Notes: generated from the sequence alone by a model not told the origin. A stretch of DNA of 64,000 bases from an uncultured Verrucomicrobiae bacterium (GCA_963756875.1 CAVWPA010000001.1:544001-608000), one strand, 5' to 3'; counted from the stretch's first letter, positions 1 through 10,676 are shown. Program-made: numbers and translations.

Positions 1-120
1 TTGATTATCGCCAAGCAGCGCAACGGCCCGATCGGGGAGATCAAGCTCACCTTCCTTCACGAGTTCACTCGGTTTGAAGACCGGGCTGAGGATCTTCCGG
101 AGCCGGAAGAAGCATTTTAG
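1..120 (+). CDS. dnaB: replicative DNA helicase, C-terminal end (partial)
   Basis: Frame 1 reads [30 protein letters not shown]...*, containing the AKQRNGP motif of the DnaB C-terminus. Confidence 0.9.
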   Translation: MIIAKQRNGPIGEIKLTFLHEFTRFEDRAEDLPEPEEAF

Positions 121-122
121 TT

Positions 123-295
123 TCCGGGGAGCGCACGCGCCTCGCGTGCAAATGCCTGTCCGGCCCGGACTTTCGGCACCCTCGCCGAAACGCTCTGTGC
201 ATTATCAGCGAGAGAGATCCCAGACACTTTTAAAAGTTCGCGCCCCCGAAAGCGTTCGGGGTCGCTAGCACGCGAGGGCGCGTGCGCTCCCCGGA
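123..295. repeat. REP doublet (REPIN-like), family A
   Basis: Inverted ends TCCGGGGAGCGCACGCGCCTCGCGTGC ... GCACGCGAGGGCGCGTGCGCTCCCCGGA, with internal hairpins. Confidence 0.85.
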
Positions 296-359
296 TCAGA
301 GACTTGGATGACGATGCTACTGCCTAAAAGCTCCAGGTGAAGCTGCCACCGCGGGCGTT

Positions 360-1469
360 GTGTTAAACACTGCGTTGGTTTCTAATGGATTCTTTATGAT
401 TTTTACCTGGCTGTTGTTTTTGGTCCCGTTGTCGCTCGCGCTTTCGTATTTCTTTCACGCCGGACCAGCCCTCGTTTTCGTTGCGTCGATTCTTGCCATC
501 GTGCCGTTGGCGGAATGGATCCGTCGCGCGACAGAACAAGTGGCCATTCGCGCATCGCCGGCCGTTGGCGGCTTGCTGAATGTGACCTTTGGCAATACGG
601 CCGAGTTCGTCCTGGCGCTCTTTGTTCTTGGCGCCGGTCACGCCGAGGTCGTCAAAGGCCAGATCACCGGTTCCATCATCGGCAATAGCCTTCTCGGGCT
701 TGGCCTGGCGATCGTGGTGGGAAATTGGGGGCGCGAACGCCAATGTTTCCGGCGCGAACGCGCCGGTCTGCTTTCCAGTCTTCTGATGCTGGCAATGATC
801 GGACTCCTGGTGCCTGCTCTCTTCGATTATACCGAACGCGGCCTTCTCAATTCGTCGGATGTGAGTCGTTTGGATGAGGGATTAAGTCTCGCGGTCGCCG
901 TCGTCCTGATCTTTGTTTACGCCGCCAATTTGATCTACACGCTGGTGACACATCGCGAAGTGTTTGCCTTCGAACAAACGGACGAGAAATCCGGGCGCTC
1001 GCCGTGGCCGATCTGGCAATCGCTGACCGTCCTGCTGGTCGGGACCGCGTTGACGGCGTGGGAAGCCGAATTGATCTCAGGGGCCATGGATACGACGGCC
1101 GCTCAACTCGGGCTCTCCCGTTTCTTTCTCGGCGTGGTTGTGCTGGCTCTCGTGGGCAATGCCGCCGAATACGTCGCCGCGGTTTATTTTGCCCGGCGTG
1201 ACCGGATGGACCTGGTGATGAGCATCACGGTGGGTTCGACCATCCAGGTGGCGTTGCTGGTCGCGCCTCTGCTCGTAATCGTTTCCTACTTTATGGGAAA
1301 GCCGATGAACCTGGTATTCGAGAACCCACTCGAACTGATCGCCATTGCCGGAGTCACATTTGCCGTGAACGCGATCGCCGCAGATGGCGAGACCACCTGG
1401 TTTGAAGGTGTGCTGTTGCTCGCAGCCTACGTCATTCTGGCAATGGCCTTCTTCTTCGTCCAACCGTAG
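360..1469 (+). CDS. chaA: Ca2+/H+ antiporter (CaCA family)
   Basis: Multi-TM protein with alpha repeats GGLLNVTFGNTAE and GNAAE, ending TWFEG. Confidence 0.9.
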   Translation: MLNTALVSNGFFMIFTWLLFLVPLSLALSYFFHAGPALVFVASILAIVPLAEWIRRATEQVAIRASPAVGGLLNVTFGNTAEFVLALFVLGAGHAEVVKGQITGSIIGNSLLGLGLAIVVGNWGRERQCFRRERAGLLSSLLMLAMIGLLVPALFDYTERGLLNSSDVSRLDEGLSLAVAVVLIFVYAANLIYTLVTHREVFAFEQTDEKSGRSPWPIWQSLTVLLVGTALTAWEAELISGAMDTTAAQLGLSRFFLGVVVLALVGNAAEYVAAVYFARRDRMDLVMSITVGSTIQVALLVAPLLVIVSYFMGKPMNLVFENPLELIAIAGVTFAVNAIAADGETTWFEGVLLLAAYVILAMAFFFVQP

Positions 1470-1539
1470 GAAATACAAGGCTCTTTGTTGGCTAGGAATT
1501 GCACGACGGTCAACCAGCCGGAAAGCGCATTCTGCAGTT

Positions 1540-1661
1540 TCCGGAGAGCGCACGCGCCTCGCGAGCTGGCGACGACGAGGCGTCGTCGCGATCTTAATGT
1601 CTCAAAGATTGTTTTGGCGAGGGCGCCAAAACGGGCACGCGAGGCGCGTGCGCTCCCCGGA
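1540..1661. repeat. REP doublet (REPIN-like), family A
   Basis: Same inverted ends as 123..295; abuts the tkt stop codon. Confidence 0.85.
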
Positions 1662-3647
1662 TCAGAGGCTTTTCGCGGCTTCGATGACGTGCTTGGCGTC
1701 GATGCCGCGTTCCTTCATTACCTCGGCGCCGGGAGCGCTCAGGCCGAATTCATGCAGACCGACTACTTTGCCGTCCAGTCCCACATACTGATACCAGGTA
1801 TCGGGCACACCGGCTTCGATCGCCACACGTTTCCGGCATGATTTCGGCAAAACCTCATCCCGATATTTTTCCGGTTGCCGATTGAAACGTTCGAAACAGG
1901 GGAGCGAAACCACGCGCGCTCCCTCGCCGAGCTCCTTCGCCGCCGCCAACGCGTGCTGCAACTCGCTTCCGCACGACATGATGATGAGGGCGAGCTTTCC
2001 TTTTTCCTTTTTCGCAATGTATCCGCCGCGTAACACGCCTTCGCGGCGCAGTTTTACATCGATGTCGTTCAGGATTGGCACAGTCTGGCGCGTCAGGGAA
2101 AGCAGCGTTGGCCCGTCTGTCCGCTGCATGGCGGCAACGAACGCCGCTGCAGTCTCCTCCGGGTCAGCGGGCCGAATGACATCGATATTGGGCATCACCC
2201 GAACCGAGCTCACCGTCTCCACAGGCTCATGGGTGGGGCCGTCCTCGCCCACGCCGATCGAGTCGTGAGTAAAAATGTAAACGTTCGGCAGGCCTGCGAG
2301 GGCAGCGAGTCGAATGGAGGGGCGACAATAATCGGTGAACACCATAAACGTCGCGCCCGACGCCCGAAACATGCCGTGATAGGAGATCCCATTGAGGATC
2401 GCGCACATCCCGTGCTCGCGAATTCCGAACCGGATGTTTCGGCCGCCCGGATTGTCGCGCGTGAAATCGCCGCCGTCCTTGATGTAGTTCAGCGTGGAGC
2501 CGTACAGATCGGCGCTTCCGCCCATGAGCAACGGCATCGCTTGCGCGATCGGTTGCAACGCTTCGCTGCCGGCTTTGCGCGTGGCCAGCTTGGCGTCCTT
2601 CGGAAACTCCGGAATTTTTGCCGAGAGATCGGATGGAACGTTTCGCGCGATCCCGTCCTCGAGTATTTTCGCCTTATCGGGGTTCTTCTTCCGCCAGTCG
2701 TTGTACGTTTTTTCCCAGCGGTCGTAATCGGTCAGGAGCTTCTTTTTGTGCGCGGCAAAGTAATCGTACACATCCTGCGAGACGAAAAAACGCTCGTCCG
2801 GCAACCCCAGAGCTTTGCGCGCGGCGTCCACATATTTGACGCCGGCTTCGCCGTGGGCGTTGTGGGTGCCGGCTACTTCCGGGATGCCTTTGCCGATGAG
2901 CGTGTGGGCGATGATGAGCTGCGGTTTCCCGTTGTTGCGCTCTTTCGCAATATTCAGCGCGTCGAGGAATTGCTGCATGTCCTGTCCGTTGATTTCCTGA
3001 ACATTGAAACCGTAAGCTCTGAAACGTTCTCCGGTATCTTCGCTTTGTGTTTCCTTTCCTGCGGCGTCGAGCGTGACCGCGTTTGAGTCGTAAATCAGGA
3101 TCAGATTATCGAGGCCAAAATGAGCTGCGAACGCGCTGGCTTCTGAAGCGACGCCTTCCTGCATGCAACCGTCGCCTGCCAGACAAATCACGTGCTGATC
3201 GAAGATTCTGTGCTCGTCCGTGTTGAAACGCGCGGCAGCCATTTTACACGCGACTGCGATGCCTGTGGCGTTGCCGACGCCCTGGCCCAGCGGTCCGGTG
3301 GTGCATTCCACGCCCGGAGTCTCGCCAAATTCCGGATGCCCGGGTGTTTTTGAGTGTAATTGGCGGAACCGCTTGATTTCCGACATCGGCAGATCGTACC
3401 CGCTCATATGCAGCCAGGCGTAGAGAAACATGCTGCCATGACCGGCCGAGAGAACGAAATAATCGCGATTAATCCAGCGCGGCTTGTCGGGATTATATTT
3501 CAGTGCCTGCCCCCAGAGCACCGCGCCCATTTCCGCGCAGCCAAGCGGAAGGCCCAGGTGACCCGATTTTGCCGCCTGTACCGCATCCATGCACAGGCCG
3601 CGCGCCTGAGTCGCTGCTTTTGAAAGAATTTCGACGTTCAGACTCAT
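1662..3647 (-). CDS. tkt: transketolase
   Basis: [36 protein letters not shown] motifs. Confidence 0.97.
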   Translation of the reverse strand: MSLNVEILSKAATQARGLCMDAVQAAKSGHLGLPLGCAEMGAVLWGQALKYNPDKPRWINRDYFVLSAGHGSMFLYAWLHMSGYDLPMSEIKRFRQLHSKTPGHPEFGETPGVECTTGPLGQGVGNATGIAVACKMAAARFNTDEHRIFDQHVICLAGDGCMQEGVASEASAFAAHFGLDNLILIYDSNAVTLDAAGKETQSEDTGERFRAYGFNVQEINGQDMQQFLDALNIAKERNNGKPQLIIAHTLIGKGIPEVAGTHNAHGEAGVKYVDAARKALGLPDERFFVSQDVYDYFAAHKKKLLTDYDRWEKTYNDWRKKNPDKAKILEDGIARNVPSDLSAKIPEFPKDAKLATRKAGSEALQPIAQAMPLLMGGSADLYGSTLNYIKDGGDFTRDNPGGRNIRFGIREHGMCAILNGISYHGMFRASGATFMVFTDYCRPSIRLAALAGLPNVYIFTHDSIGVGEDGPTHEPVETVSSVRVMPNIDVIRPADPEETAAAFVAAMQRTDGPTLLSLTRQTVPILNDIDVKLRREGVLRGGYIAKKEKGKLALIIMSCGSELQHALAAAKELGEGARVVSLPCFERFNRQPEKYRDEVLPKSCRKRVAIEAGVPDTWYQYVGLDGKVVGLHEFGLSAPGAEVMKERGIDAKHVIEAAKSL

Positions 3648-3735
3648 GCGAGGTTATTAAACCGACGAACAGATAAAAACAAAGTAGATTTCCGATTGCG
3701 GCAGGGCGGCCGCAGAAGAACAATTCCCGAATCCA

Positions 3736-4899
3736 GTGAACCAACATTTATTCCTTCACATCGTCGAGCGGCTCGAAGGTCTACTCGGCAAACTGCCGGC
3801 TGCGATTCAAAAGCCGATCCTGGCCGAGCTGACGCCATTGAAAGAGCTGTTCCTCCAACAGCGGCCCCCGCGCTTTGTCTTTGTCGGTTCGATTAAAAAG
3901 CCTGCCTCGGAGCTGGTGAAGGAATTTTTTGGGCAGGTCGAGACAAGCGGGTTCACGTCAGTCTTCCGTTGGGAGGAGTTAAATGCCGGCGGGCATGGGA
4001 CCATCTGCATTCTGGACGCGCGTGGCGCCGGCGATTCTTCTGCTGCGCAGGTGCAGGAGGAACTCAAGCGGCAGCCTGCAGACGCGATTTTCTTTCTGGA
4101 TGAACCCGGTGCTGCGCGCCGCGGGCGCAAGTCGGAACTTCAAAACCTGATCGATTGTCTTCGTTGGAGCGATCCCGCGAAACCGAAAGTGGTGGGCATT
4201 GAGTTCTTATCAACCACCACCTCCGCAAAACATTTCCGCCGCCACGATAAGGAAACGGCTGACGAAGCGCTGGCATCGCACCTTGGCGAAGTTCTGAAGG
4301 ATAGGAATCAATTGCTTCACGTCTTCACATTCGGTCCGAGCGAAACTTCTGCGCGTCAGGCGGAGAAGTTGATGTCGGTCCTGGCGCATGAACTGCCAAA
4401 CGAAGCGCGGATCGAAATGATTCGAATATCGCGCGACCGCGACGCGCAACGCGAGGTGGCGCAGGTGCTGGTTAAATCAACGAGCGCAATCTGCACCGCA
4501 ATTGGCGCGCAGCCGATTCCGCTGGCCGATTTACCGGTTTTGACCACGCTTCAGCTCGTCATGGTTTCGGGGATCATGTATCTGAGCGGCCGGGAGCGGA
4601 GCCTGCGCGCCGCGACGGAATTCGTCGGAGCGATCGGCGCTAATGTCGGTGTGGGCATGCTCTTCCGTGAAGGGGCTCGCGCGCTGCTCAAGTTCCTCCC
4701 GGGCTGGGGCAACGTCATTTGCGGCATGGTCGCCGGCGCCGGCACCTACGCAATTGGCCGTGCGGCTATCGCCTTCTTCCTGGAAGGCGTTTCCCTAAAG
4801 GAAGCGCGTCGGACCTATCTCACGTCCCGGAAAAAGCGAAATCAGGCTGCTCCGCCGGTTTTGGAGCAGCCAAAGCGAAAGCGGTCGAAAGCGAAATGA
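3736..4899 (+). CDS. DUF697/YcjF-like protein with a degenerate GTPase-like N-domain
   Basis: C-terminal PIPLADLPVLTTLQLVMV and a glycine-rich hydrophobic hairpin; ILDARG resembles G3, but there is no intact Walker A. Confidence 0.65.
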   Translation: MNQHLFLHIVERLEGLLGKLPAAIQKPILAELTPLKELFLQQRPPRFVFVGSIKKPASELVKEFFGQVETSGFTSVFRWEELNAGGHGTICILDARGAGDSSAAQVQEELKRQPADAIFFLDEPGAARRGRKSELQNLIDCLRWSDPAKPKVVGIEFLSTTTSAKHFRRHDKETADEALASHLGEVLKDRNQLLHVFTFGPSETSARQAEKLMSVLAHELPNEARIEMIRISRDRDAQREVAQVLVKSTSAICTAIGAQPIPLADLPVLTTLQLVMVSGIMYLSGRERSLRAATEFVGAIGANVGVGMLFREGARALLKFLPGWGNVICGMVAGAGTYAIGRAAIAFFLEGVSLKEARRTYLTSRKKRNQAAPPVLEQPKRKRSKAK

Positions 4900-4926
4900 T
4901 GTTTTCCCGGGCGGCCTTAGGCGCAC

Positions 4927-4991
4927 TATGAATAACTTGTGAATAACCTCAGCCCTTCGGAGCGCTTTGTTCACACCCTTTTTGTGAACAA
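4927..4991. promoter_or_regulatory. cluster of four DnaA-box-like 9-mers
   Basis: TATGAATAA 4927, TGTGAATAA 4938 (reverse complement TTATTCACA, consensus match), TTGTTCACA 4967, TGTGAACAA 4983. Confidence 0.55.
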
Positions 4992-5036
4992 ATCTCTGAT
5001 TTTTGCAGGATCTCCGGCCTAATTGCCGGTCCTGGC

Positions 5037-6398
5037 ATGAAGCTCTCGGAAATCAGTGCGACGCTGCGCGATATCGGCGTCTCCCCCGTCAAGACACTCG
5101 GGCAAAATTTTCTGCACGATCACAACCTCGCACATTGGATTGTAGAGCACGCCCAACTGACTCCGGAAGATTACGTTGTGGAAATCGGGCCGGGCCTTGG
5201 CGCGCTTACGGAATTAGCGTTGGCGAAAGGAGTGCGTCTTCTTGCCATCGAGAAGGATGCGCGGCTGGCAAATTTTCTCCGCGAAAAATTTCAACACGAG
5301 CGATTGGAAATTCTGCATGCCGATGCGCTTAAGTTTGACGTTCGCAGCCTGTATGCGAAGCGACGTGTAAAGCTGCTGGGAAATCTTCCTTACTACATTG
5401 CGAGTCAGCTGCTGCTGAAATTCATTCTCTATCCAAGTCCTATATCATTGTCGTTGTTGATGTTACAAAAAGAGATGGCCCGCCGTCTCTCGGCAGTTCC
5501 ATCCACCAGCGATTACGGCGCGTTGACCTTGCAAGTGCAGTTGCACTATCGCGTGGAATTCCTGCGCACTGTTTCGGCCACTGTTTTTATTCCGCGGCCT
5601 GAAGTCGATTCCGCGCTGGTGCGAATGACACCACGCGACCCGCGCGAGCTGCCGTACTGTGATTATGAGATGTTTGAGAAATTAGTACGCCGCGGTTTTT
5701 CCCAGCGCCGGAAACAACTGCGCAAACTCATTGCGCCGCAACTCCCTTCGTGGGACGAAGCGGCGATCTCGCTCAACCTGAATCCGAAAGCGCGCGCCGA
5801 GGAATTATCGTTGCAGCAGTGGATCGCCCTGACAAACCGGGCCTCGCCGGGCCCTTCAACGGAAGCGCAATCGCCTGAAGAGGAAGAGTTCTCGGTGGTC
5901 GACCCGGGCGACCGTGCCGTAGGGCATGCGTCCCGGGCTGAAGTGCATGGGAATAACTTGCTCCATCGTGCCGTCCACATCCTCATTTTCAATGGGAGGG
6001 GCGAGGTTTACCTGCAAAAGCGATCACGCACCAAGGACCGGCACCCCCTTCTATGGGACTCCAGCGCCGCAGGTCATGTTGCGGCAGATGAAGAATACGA
6101 CAATGCTGCCAGACGCGAGCTGCGCGAGGAGCTCGGGATCGATGTGTCGCTGGAGAGAGTGGTAAAATTACCCGCCTCGGAAAGGACCGGTTTTGAGTTT
6201 ATCTGGCTCTATTGCGGACGCTCCGAGGGCAGTCCCAAGCCAGACAGCCGCGAGATCGAGTACGGCGGTTTTTTCCCGGTGGCGATCGTAGATGGCTGGA
6301 TTGCGGCCCGGCCTGATGAATTTGCGCCGGGCTTTATAGAATGCTGGAAAGCCTGGCAGACAAAACGATCCGGGAATTCATCTCCCGGCGGGTTCTAG
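5037..6398 (+). CDS. rsmA: 16S rRNA dimethyltransferase fused to a C-terminal Nudix (IDI-like) domain
   Basis: LGQNFL, VEIGPGLG, NLPY and PRPEVDS motifs; C-terminal LLHRAVH...SAAGHV...AARRELREELG Nudix box. Confidence 0.93.
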   Translation: MKLSEISATLRDIGVSPVKTLGQNFLHDHNLAHWIVEHAQLTPEDYVVEIGPGLGALTELALAKGVRLLAIEKDARLANFLREKFQHERLEILHADALKFDVRSLYAKRRVKLLGNLPYYIASQLLLKFILYPSPISLSLLMLQKEMARRLSAVPSTSDYGALTLQVQLHYRVEFLRTVSATVFIPRPEVDSALVRMTPRDPRELPYCDYEMFEKLVRRGFSQRRKQLRKLIAPQLPSWDEAAISLNLNPKARAEELSLQQWIALTNRASPGPSTEAQSPEEEEFSVVDPGDRAVGHASRAEVHGNNLLHRAVHILIFNGRGEVYLQKRSRTKDRHPLLWDSSAAGHVAADEEYDNAARRELREELGIDVSLERVVKLPASERTGFEFIWLYCGRSEGSPKPDSREIEYGGFFPVAIVDGWIAARPDEFAPGFIECWKAWQTKRSGNSSPGGF

Positions 6399-6652
6399 CG
6401 CTTTCGCCTTCGCGAAGCTGTTCTTCTCGAGCCGCGTTTCGGAAGTCGCCCGAGGGTCGTGCGCTTGAACTTCCTGGCGGCACGAAGAGCCGCTTTCTTC
6501 CCCCCGTAAAGGGAATCGCTGAACATCTTGGTCACTGTGTTGTTTCCGCGCAGAAAATGCACTTGGAAACCGTGGGTTTGTTTTCGCGCGCGCGCCTTGG
6601 TGTCGATGCGCCGGATGTTAGGTTCTGAAGCAGGATTACGCCGTTTTCGCAT
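6395..6652 (-). CDS. small basic protein, AP2-like DNA-binding domain
   Basis: HGFQVHF...KMFSDSLYGGKKAALRAARKF resembles the AP2 beta-sheet plus helix pattern; ATG at 6652. Confidence 0.5.
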   Translation of the reverse strand: MRKRRNPASEPNIRRIDTKARARKQTHGFQVHFLRGNNTVTKMFSDSLYGGKKAALRAARKFKRTTLGRLPKRGSRRTASRRRKR

Positions 6653-6701
6653 GAGTGTCTGCCTAACCGATAGCTGAAACCTCGCGAGAATCAACGAACG
6701 G

Positions 6702-7487
6702 TTAGTGATTTAATTTATCAGGGGCATGTGCGGCCTTGTCCGCCTTCGGCAAGTCCCAGGCGCGCCATTTCTGTTCGTACTCGCTAACCGGCAGGAGCGC
6801 GTAGCAGGGGTGACGCGCAGCACGCAGCCAGGCAACGATCCTCACCAGGTTGGATTTCGCCATCGTCGTGCAACCGGTCGTGGGATGATTGATTCCCCGC
6901 CGGACATGAAAAAAAATCGCGCTCCCGGCTCCGGGGATTGGCGGATCGGAATTATGCCGAATCTCGATGAGCCAGTGATATGCAAAGTCGCCGGAGCGCA
7001 TCTTTTCGTGTGTGTAATTGTCCGGGGGATGCTTCGGATCGATCACGATGTGCCGGTTGTAATCCGGCGATCGCGGATCGTCGCTCCAAACGTCCGCTTC
7101 GGTCACTTGATGATATGGATAATCGCCTTCGGGCGGCAATTTGGCCTCGTATCCGAAAACTTCGCCGATTTCGAAAATTCCCGCGGGGGCGCGACCGTCT
7201 CGCTCCTTCTTGTGCAGTCCGCTCTCATTTTGTCCGGCGCGGCCAATTCCCCAGGCGAGGCCGTTCTTCCCGAACAAGACAGGAAATGAAGGAGTTATCG
7301 CGACCCAGTCTGCGTCGCGCGTCCGCTCGAATAATTGCAACTGCCCGTGCATTGAGTTCCAACCAGGCGCGAGACCCAGAAGGAGTTGTGTGCAATTGTG
7401 CGGTACGCCATCGGCACGGGCATTGCTCGTGATGAGAATGAGTGCGCCGCATAAAATTCCGCGAGAGATCGACATAAACATTTTCAA
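6702..7487 (-). CDS. L,D-transpeptidase family (YkuD-like) protein
   Basis: Signal peptide, KKERDGRAPAG, and GSAIFFH...PTTGC with catalytic His and Cys. Confidence 0.85.
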   Translation of the reverse strand: MKMFMSISRGILCGALILITSNARADGVPHNCTQLLLGLAPGWNSMHGQLQLFERTRDADWVAITPSFPVLFGKNGLAWGIGRAGQNESGLHKKERDGRAPAGIFEIGEVFGYEAKLPPEGDYPYHQVTEADVWSDDPRSPDYNRHIVIDPKHPPDNYTHEKMRSGDFAYHWLIEIRHNSDPPIPGAGSAIFFHVRRGINHPTTGCTTMAKSNLVRIVAWLRAARHPCYALLPVSEYEQKWRAWDLPKADKAAHAPDKLNH

Positions 7488-7531
7488 ACCTAGACGCGCA
7501 CTTTATTGGTTCTGTCCAACTCGATTTTTTC

Positions 7532-9361
7532 GTGAAGAAAAATTTTTCCGCGCTTCTGCTTCTGATTGTTGTCTGTGTCGTTTACGCTCCGGCTGTCCGT
7601 GACGGGTTCGTTTGGGACGACACGGCGCTGATTTTACGCGATCCCCTTATCCGAAGCTGGCGGCTAATTCCGGAAGGCTTCAATCATTTTTTGTTTGTCG
7701 ACGCGACCCCATCGGATTTTTACCGGCCGCTTCAGCGCCTCAGTTACACGATTGATTACGCGGCATTTGTATTCCGGCCCGGGCCTTACCACGCCGTGAG
7801 CGTTCTTTGGCATGTGGCTGCCGCAGTCGCGTTGTTTTTTTTCGCCGCGGAATTTCTCCGGGCCTGCGGTGTTCAAGAACGAACGCGGCGCTGGGTTGCG
7901 TTCCTGGCTGGCCTCGTCTGGGCGATTCACCCGGTGCAAAGCGCTGCCGTGGTTTACATTTCCGGCCTGGCCGATCCGCTCGCTGCAACGTTTGGTTTCC
8001 TAGGTTTGTATTTCAGCGTTCGAAGTCTGCGCGCGAACGGTCGAGGCAAACTGGTCTTTTTGATTGCCGGAGGCGTTGCATTTCTATTGAGCGCTTTGAG
8101 CAAAGAAAGCGGCCTCATTTTCCCGGTAATAGCGATCGTGTTTTTCGCGCTTAGAAAAAACTGGATCGACATCTGGAAGTCCATCGCCGTGGCAGCCTTT
8201 GTGTGCGCCATTTACTTTAGTTTGCGCGCGGGTGCCGAACAGTTTCCCACCCCCCGGTTCAACCCGTCGCCGCCACTTCTCGTCAAGCCGGTTATCATGG
8301 CGCGCGCGGCCGCCGAGTACGCCGGTTTGATTTTGCTGCCACTTCACCTGCACATGGACCGGGATGTAGAAACTCATCCCAGCGGGTTCTCGAAAGCGAG
8401 CATGAGCGGAGCCTCCTGGCGGGAACTGCAAACGCTTTTGGGGATTCTGCTCGTAGCGGCGGTCATTTATTGGATGGTGCGAACACGCAAACGTAGCCCC
8501 GCGGTGTTCGCATGTTTGTTGTTTGCAGTGATTAGCTATTTGCCGATCAGCGGCATTGTCGCGTTGAACGCCACCGTGGCAGAACATTGGATTTATCTGC
8601 CGAGCGCATTTTTCTTTCTGGCGGTGGCGATTGAAGCCGGCGCATTTTTTGAAAACTCCCGGTGGCGACGAAGACCAGCCATGGTGCTCGTGGCGTCGCT
8701 TTTATTCGCGGCATGGCTTGTGTTTCTTGGAGCGCGTACATTCATTCGGAACTTTGATTGGAAAAATCAACGGACGTTTCTTGAGCAGACCATTGCCAGC
8801 GGCGGTGACTCGGCGCGGATGCTAATCAACCTGGGCACCCTGGAGGTGAATGAAGGCAAATGGGAAGATGCCGCCGTGCACTGGCACGCAGCTCTTCAAA
8901 AGCAGCCAGACCAGCCGCTGGCCGTGCTTGATTTGGGCCTTCTCGCGTTAAAGCAAAACGATTTCAAGCTGGCCCGTCAGCTTCTGACACGCGCAACCCA
9001 AATGCCGCTGATAGACGCCCATGCAGAGGAACTTCTCGCGATTCTGGAATACAAGGAAAGCGGACATGTCGATCTGATACGGCTCCGGCTTGCAGCGCGG
9101 ACTGGTCCGCCGGATTGGTCAATCGAGAAGCGTTACATCGAAGTTCTGGATGAAAGCGGCGCCACGACGGCGGCGATCAAGGAGTTGTTTCACTGCTTGC
9201 AATCGCAATGGTATCGCGCCGAAAGCTGGCAACTCCTGAGTAAACTGTTTGCCAAACAAGGGCATCCGGACCGGGCGGCGGGCGCGCTGGCTCAGGCGCG
9301 CGCTTACGATGTTCATTTGGGCGCGCACGATGTTACCGGCGTGCACGGCACCGTTCCCTAG
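7532..9361 (+). CDS. TMTC-like membrane glycosyltransferase with TPR repeats
   Basis: FVWDD, FYRPL, IHPVQS, LSKESG and AEHWIYLPS motifs, multiple TMs, C-terminal TPR-like helices. Confidence 0.8.
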   Translation: MKKNFSALLLLIVVCVVYAPAVRDGFVWDDTALILRDPLIRSWRLIPEGFNHFLFVDATPSDFYRPLQRLSYTIDYAAFVFRPGPYHAVSVLWHVAAAVALFFFAAEFLRACGVQERTRRWVAFLAGLVWAIHPVQSAAVVYISGLADPLAATFGFLGLYFSVRSLRANGRGKLVFLIAGGVAFLLSALSKESGLIFPVIAIVFFALRKNWIDIWKSIAVAAFVCAIYFSLRAGAEQFPTPRFNPSPPLLVKPVIMARAAAEYAGLILLPLHLHMDRDVETHPSGFSKASMSGASWRELQTLLGILLVAAVIYWMVRTRKRSPAVFACLLFAVISYLPISGIVALNATVAEHWIYLPSAFFFLAVAIEAGAFFENSRWRRRPAMVLVASLLFAAWLVFLGARTFIRNFDWKNQRTFLEQTIASGGDSARMLINLGTLEVNEGKWEDAAVHWHAALQKQPDQPLAVLDLGLLALKQNDFKLARQLLTRATQMPLIDAHAEELLAILEYKESGHVDLIRLRLAARTGPPDWSIEKRYIEVLDESGATTAAIKELFHCLQSQWYRAESWQLLSKLFAKQGHPDRAAGALAQARAYDVHLGAHDVTGVHGTVP

Positions 9362-10626
9362 TCGTACACTATCCTTTGCGCAGTGGCCATCTCTATGGCG
9401 GCCGTGTCCGCCGGAAGGTATTTCATTCCGATGAGCCAAAGGACGCCTGCAACCATCATGGCTGCCGTGACCACGAGAAATGCAACATTCATGTTGGTGC
9501 GATCCGCTACCGCCCCTATGAGTGGCGGTGCGGCCGCGTCGCCCAAAAAGTGAATAATCAAAATGTTTAACGCGAAGGCGGTCGCGCGCACGGATGGATG
9601 AGTAACGTTTGCCAGCGCCGTGTTAGCCGGGCCGGTGTTAAAGAACAGGAAAAAGAGCGCTACAAACATCATTACCCACGCCAAAGGGAATGGCACCAGG
9701 ACCACCGCGGCGGAAAATGGGAATGCGATCATTACTGCAATTCCCGACACCAGAAAATAACTGCCTGCAAAGCGTTTGCGGAGCAGGTCGCCGGTGATCC
9801 CTCCGAGGAGAGTGGCCGTCAAACCGGCACTGACAAGCAGTGCGCCGAATATGATGCGACTCCCCGGAGGCAGGCCGCGATATTGCAGGTAACCGGGGAC
9901 CCAGAACGCCAGACCGCCCATCGCGAATGTGAGCGCAGTCATCGCGGCGGTGTTCCAGACGTATGACTTGATTCGTACGAGGCCGATGTAGTCGCGCAGA
10001 GTCGCGCGCCGTTTTGGTTTTGATTTTTCTGCGCGGTCGCGCGGATCGCGTCGCCAAAAGCAGGCCAGACCTAGCAGGATTCCCGGAGGTGCAACCGCGA
10101 AGAAGGCCGTTTGCCAACCCCAATGGGAGGTGATAAAACCGCCCAGCGCGTAGCCCAACGCGCTTCCCACCGGCAGCGCGACGTAAAAATACGAAAGCAC
10201 CCGCCCACGCAGCTCCAGAGGGAACAAATCGGAAATGATTGTCGGCGCAGCGGGCCCGTAACCGCCTTCGCCCACGCCCACGAGAAGGCGCATCATTAAC
10301 AATACTGCGAATGTGGCGGCGAGACCTGATGCCGCCGTCGCGCCGCTCCAGAGAATCACGCCAATGCCGATGAGTACCCAGCGAGAGGTCCGGTCCGCGA
10401 GCCATCCGAAAATTAGCGCCGATATCGTGTAGCTGGCGAGAAAAGCGGTCCCGAGAACACCGGTCCAAAAATGTGCGTTTGGAGCCCCAGGTGCAAAGAA
10501 GTGGGCTCGAATTTCCGGCTCGACAGAGACGAGCACATACCGATCGATGTAATTAAAAAGATTGATCGCGAAGAGAAGACACAACGCCGTTCGGCTACCA
10601 GGGACAGGACGCGCATTAGTTTCCAT
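9358..10626 (-). CDS. MFS transporter, Spinster-like
   Basis: INLFNYIDRY, GWLADRTSR, APTIISDLFP and IHFLGDA motifs; likely start ATG 10626. Confidence 0.88.
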   Translation of the reverse strand: METNARPVPGSRTALCLLFAINLFNYIDRYVLVSVEPEIRAHFFAPGAPNAHFWTGVLGTAFLASYTISALIFGWLADRTSRWVLIGIGVILWSGATAASGLAATFAVLLMMRLLVGVGEGGYGPAAPTIISDLFPLELRGRVLSYFYVALPVGSALGYALGGFITSHWGWQTAFFAVAPPGILLGLACFWRRDPRDRAEKSKPKRRATLRDYIGLVRIKSYVWNTAAMTALTFAMGGLAFWVPGYLQYRGLPPGSRIIFGALLVSAGLTATLLGGITGDLLRKRFAGSYFLVSGIAVMIAFPFSAAVVLVPFPLAWVMMFVALFFLFFNTGPANTALANVTHPSVRATAFALNILIIHFLGDAAAPPLIGAVADRTNMNVAFLVVTAAMMVAGVLWLIGMKYLPADTAAIEMATAQRIVYD

Positions 10627-10676
10627 CGATAATTGTCGATTGCAGATGGCCGGCCGATGAATGTAAACCATAAACG

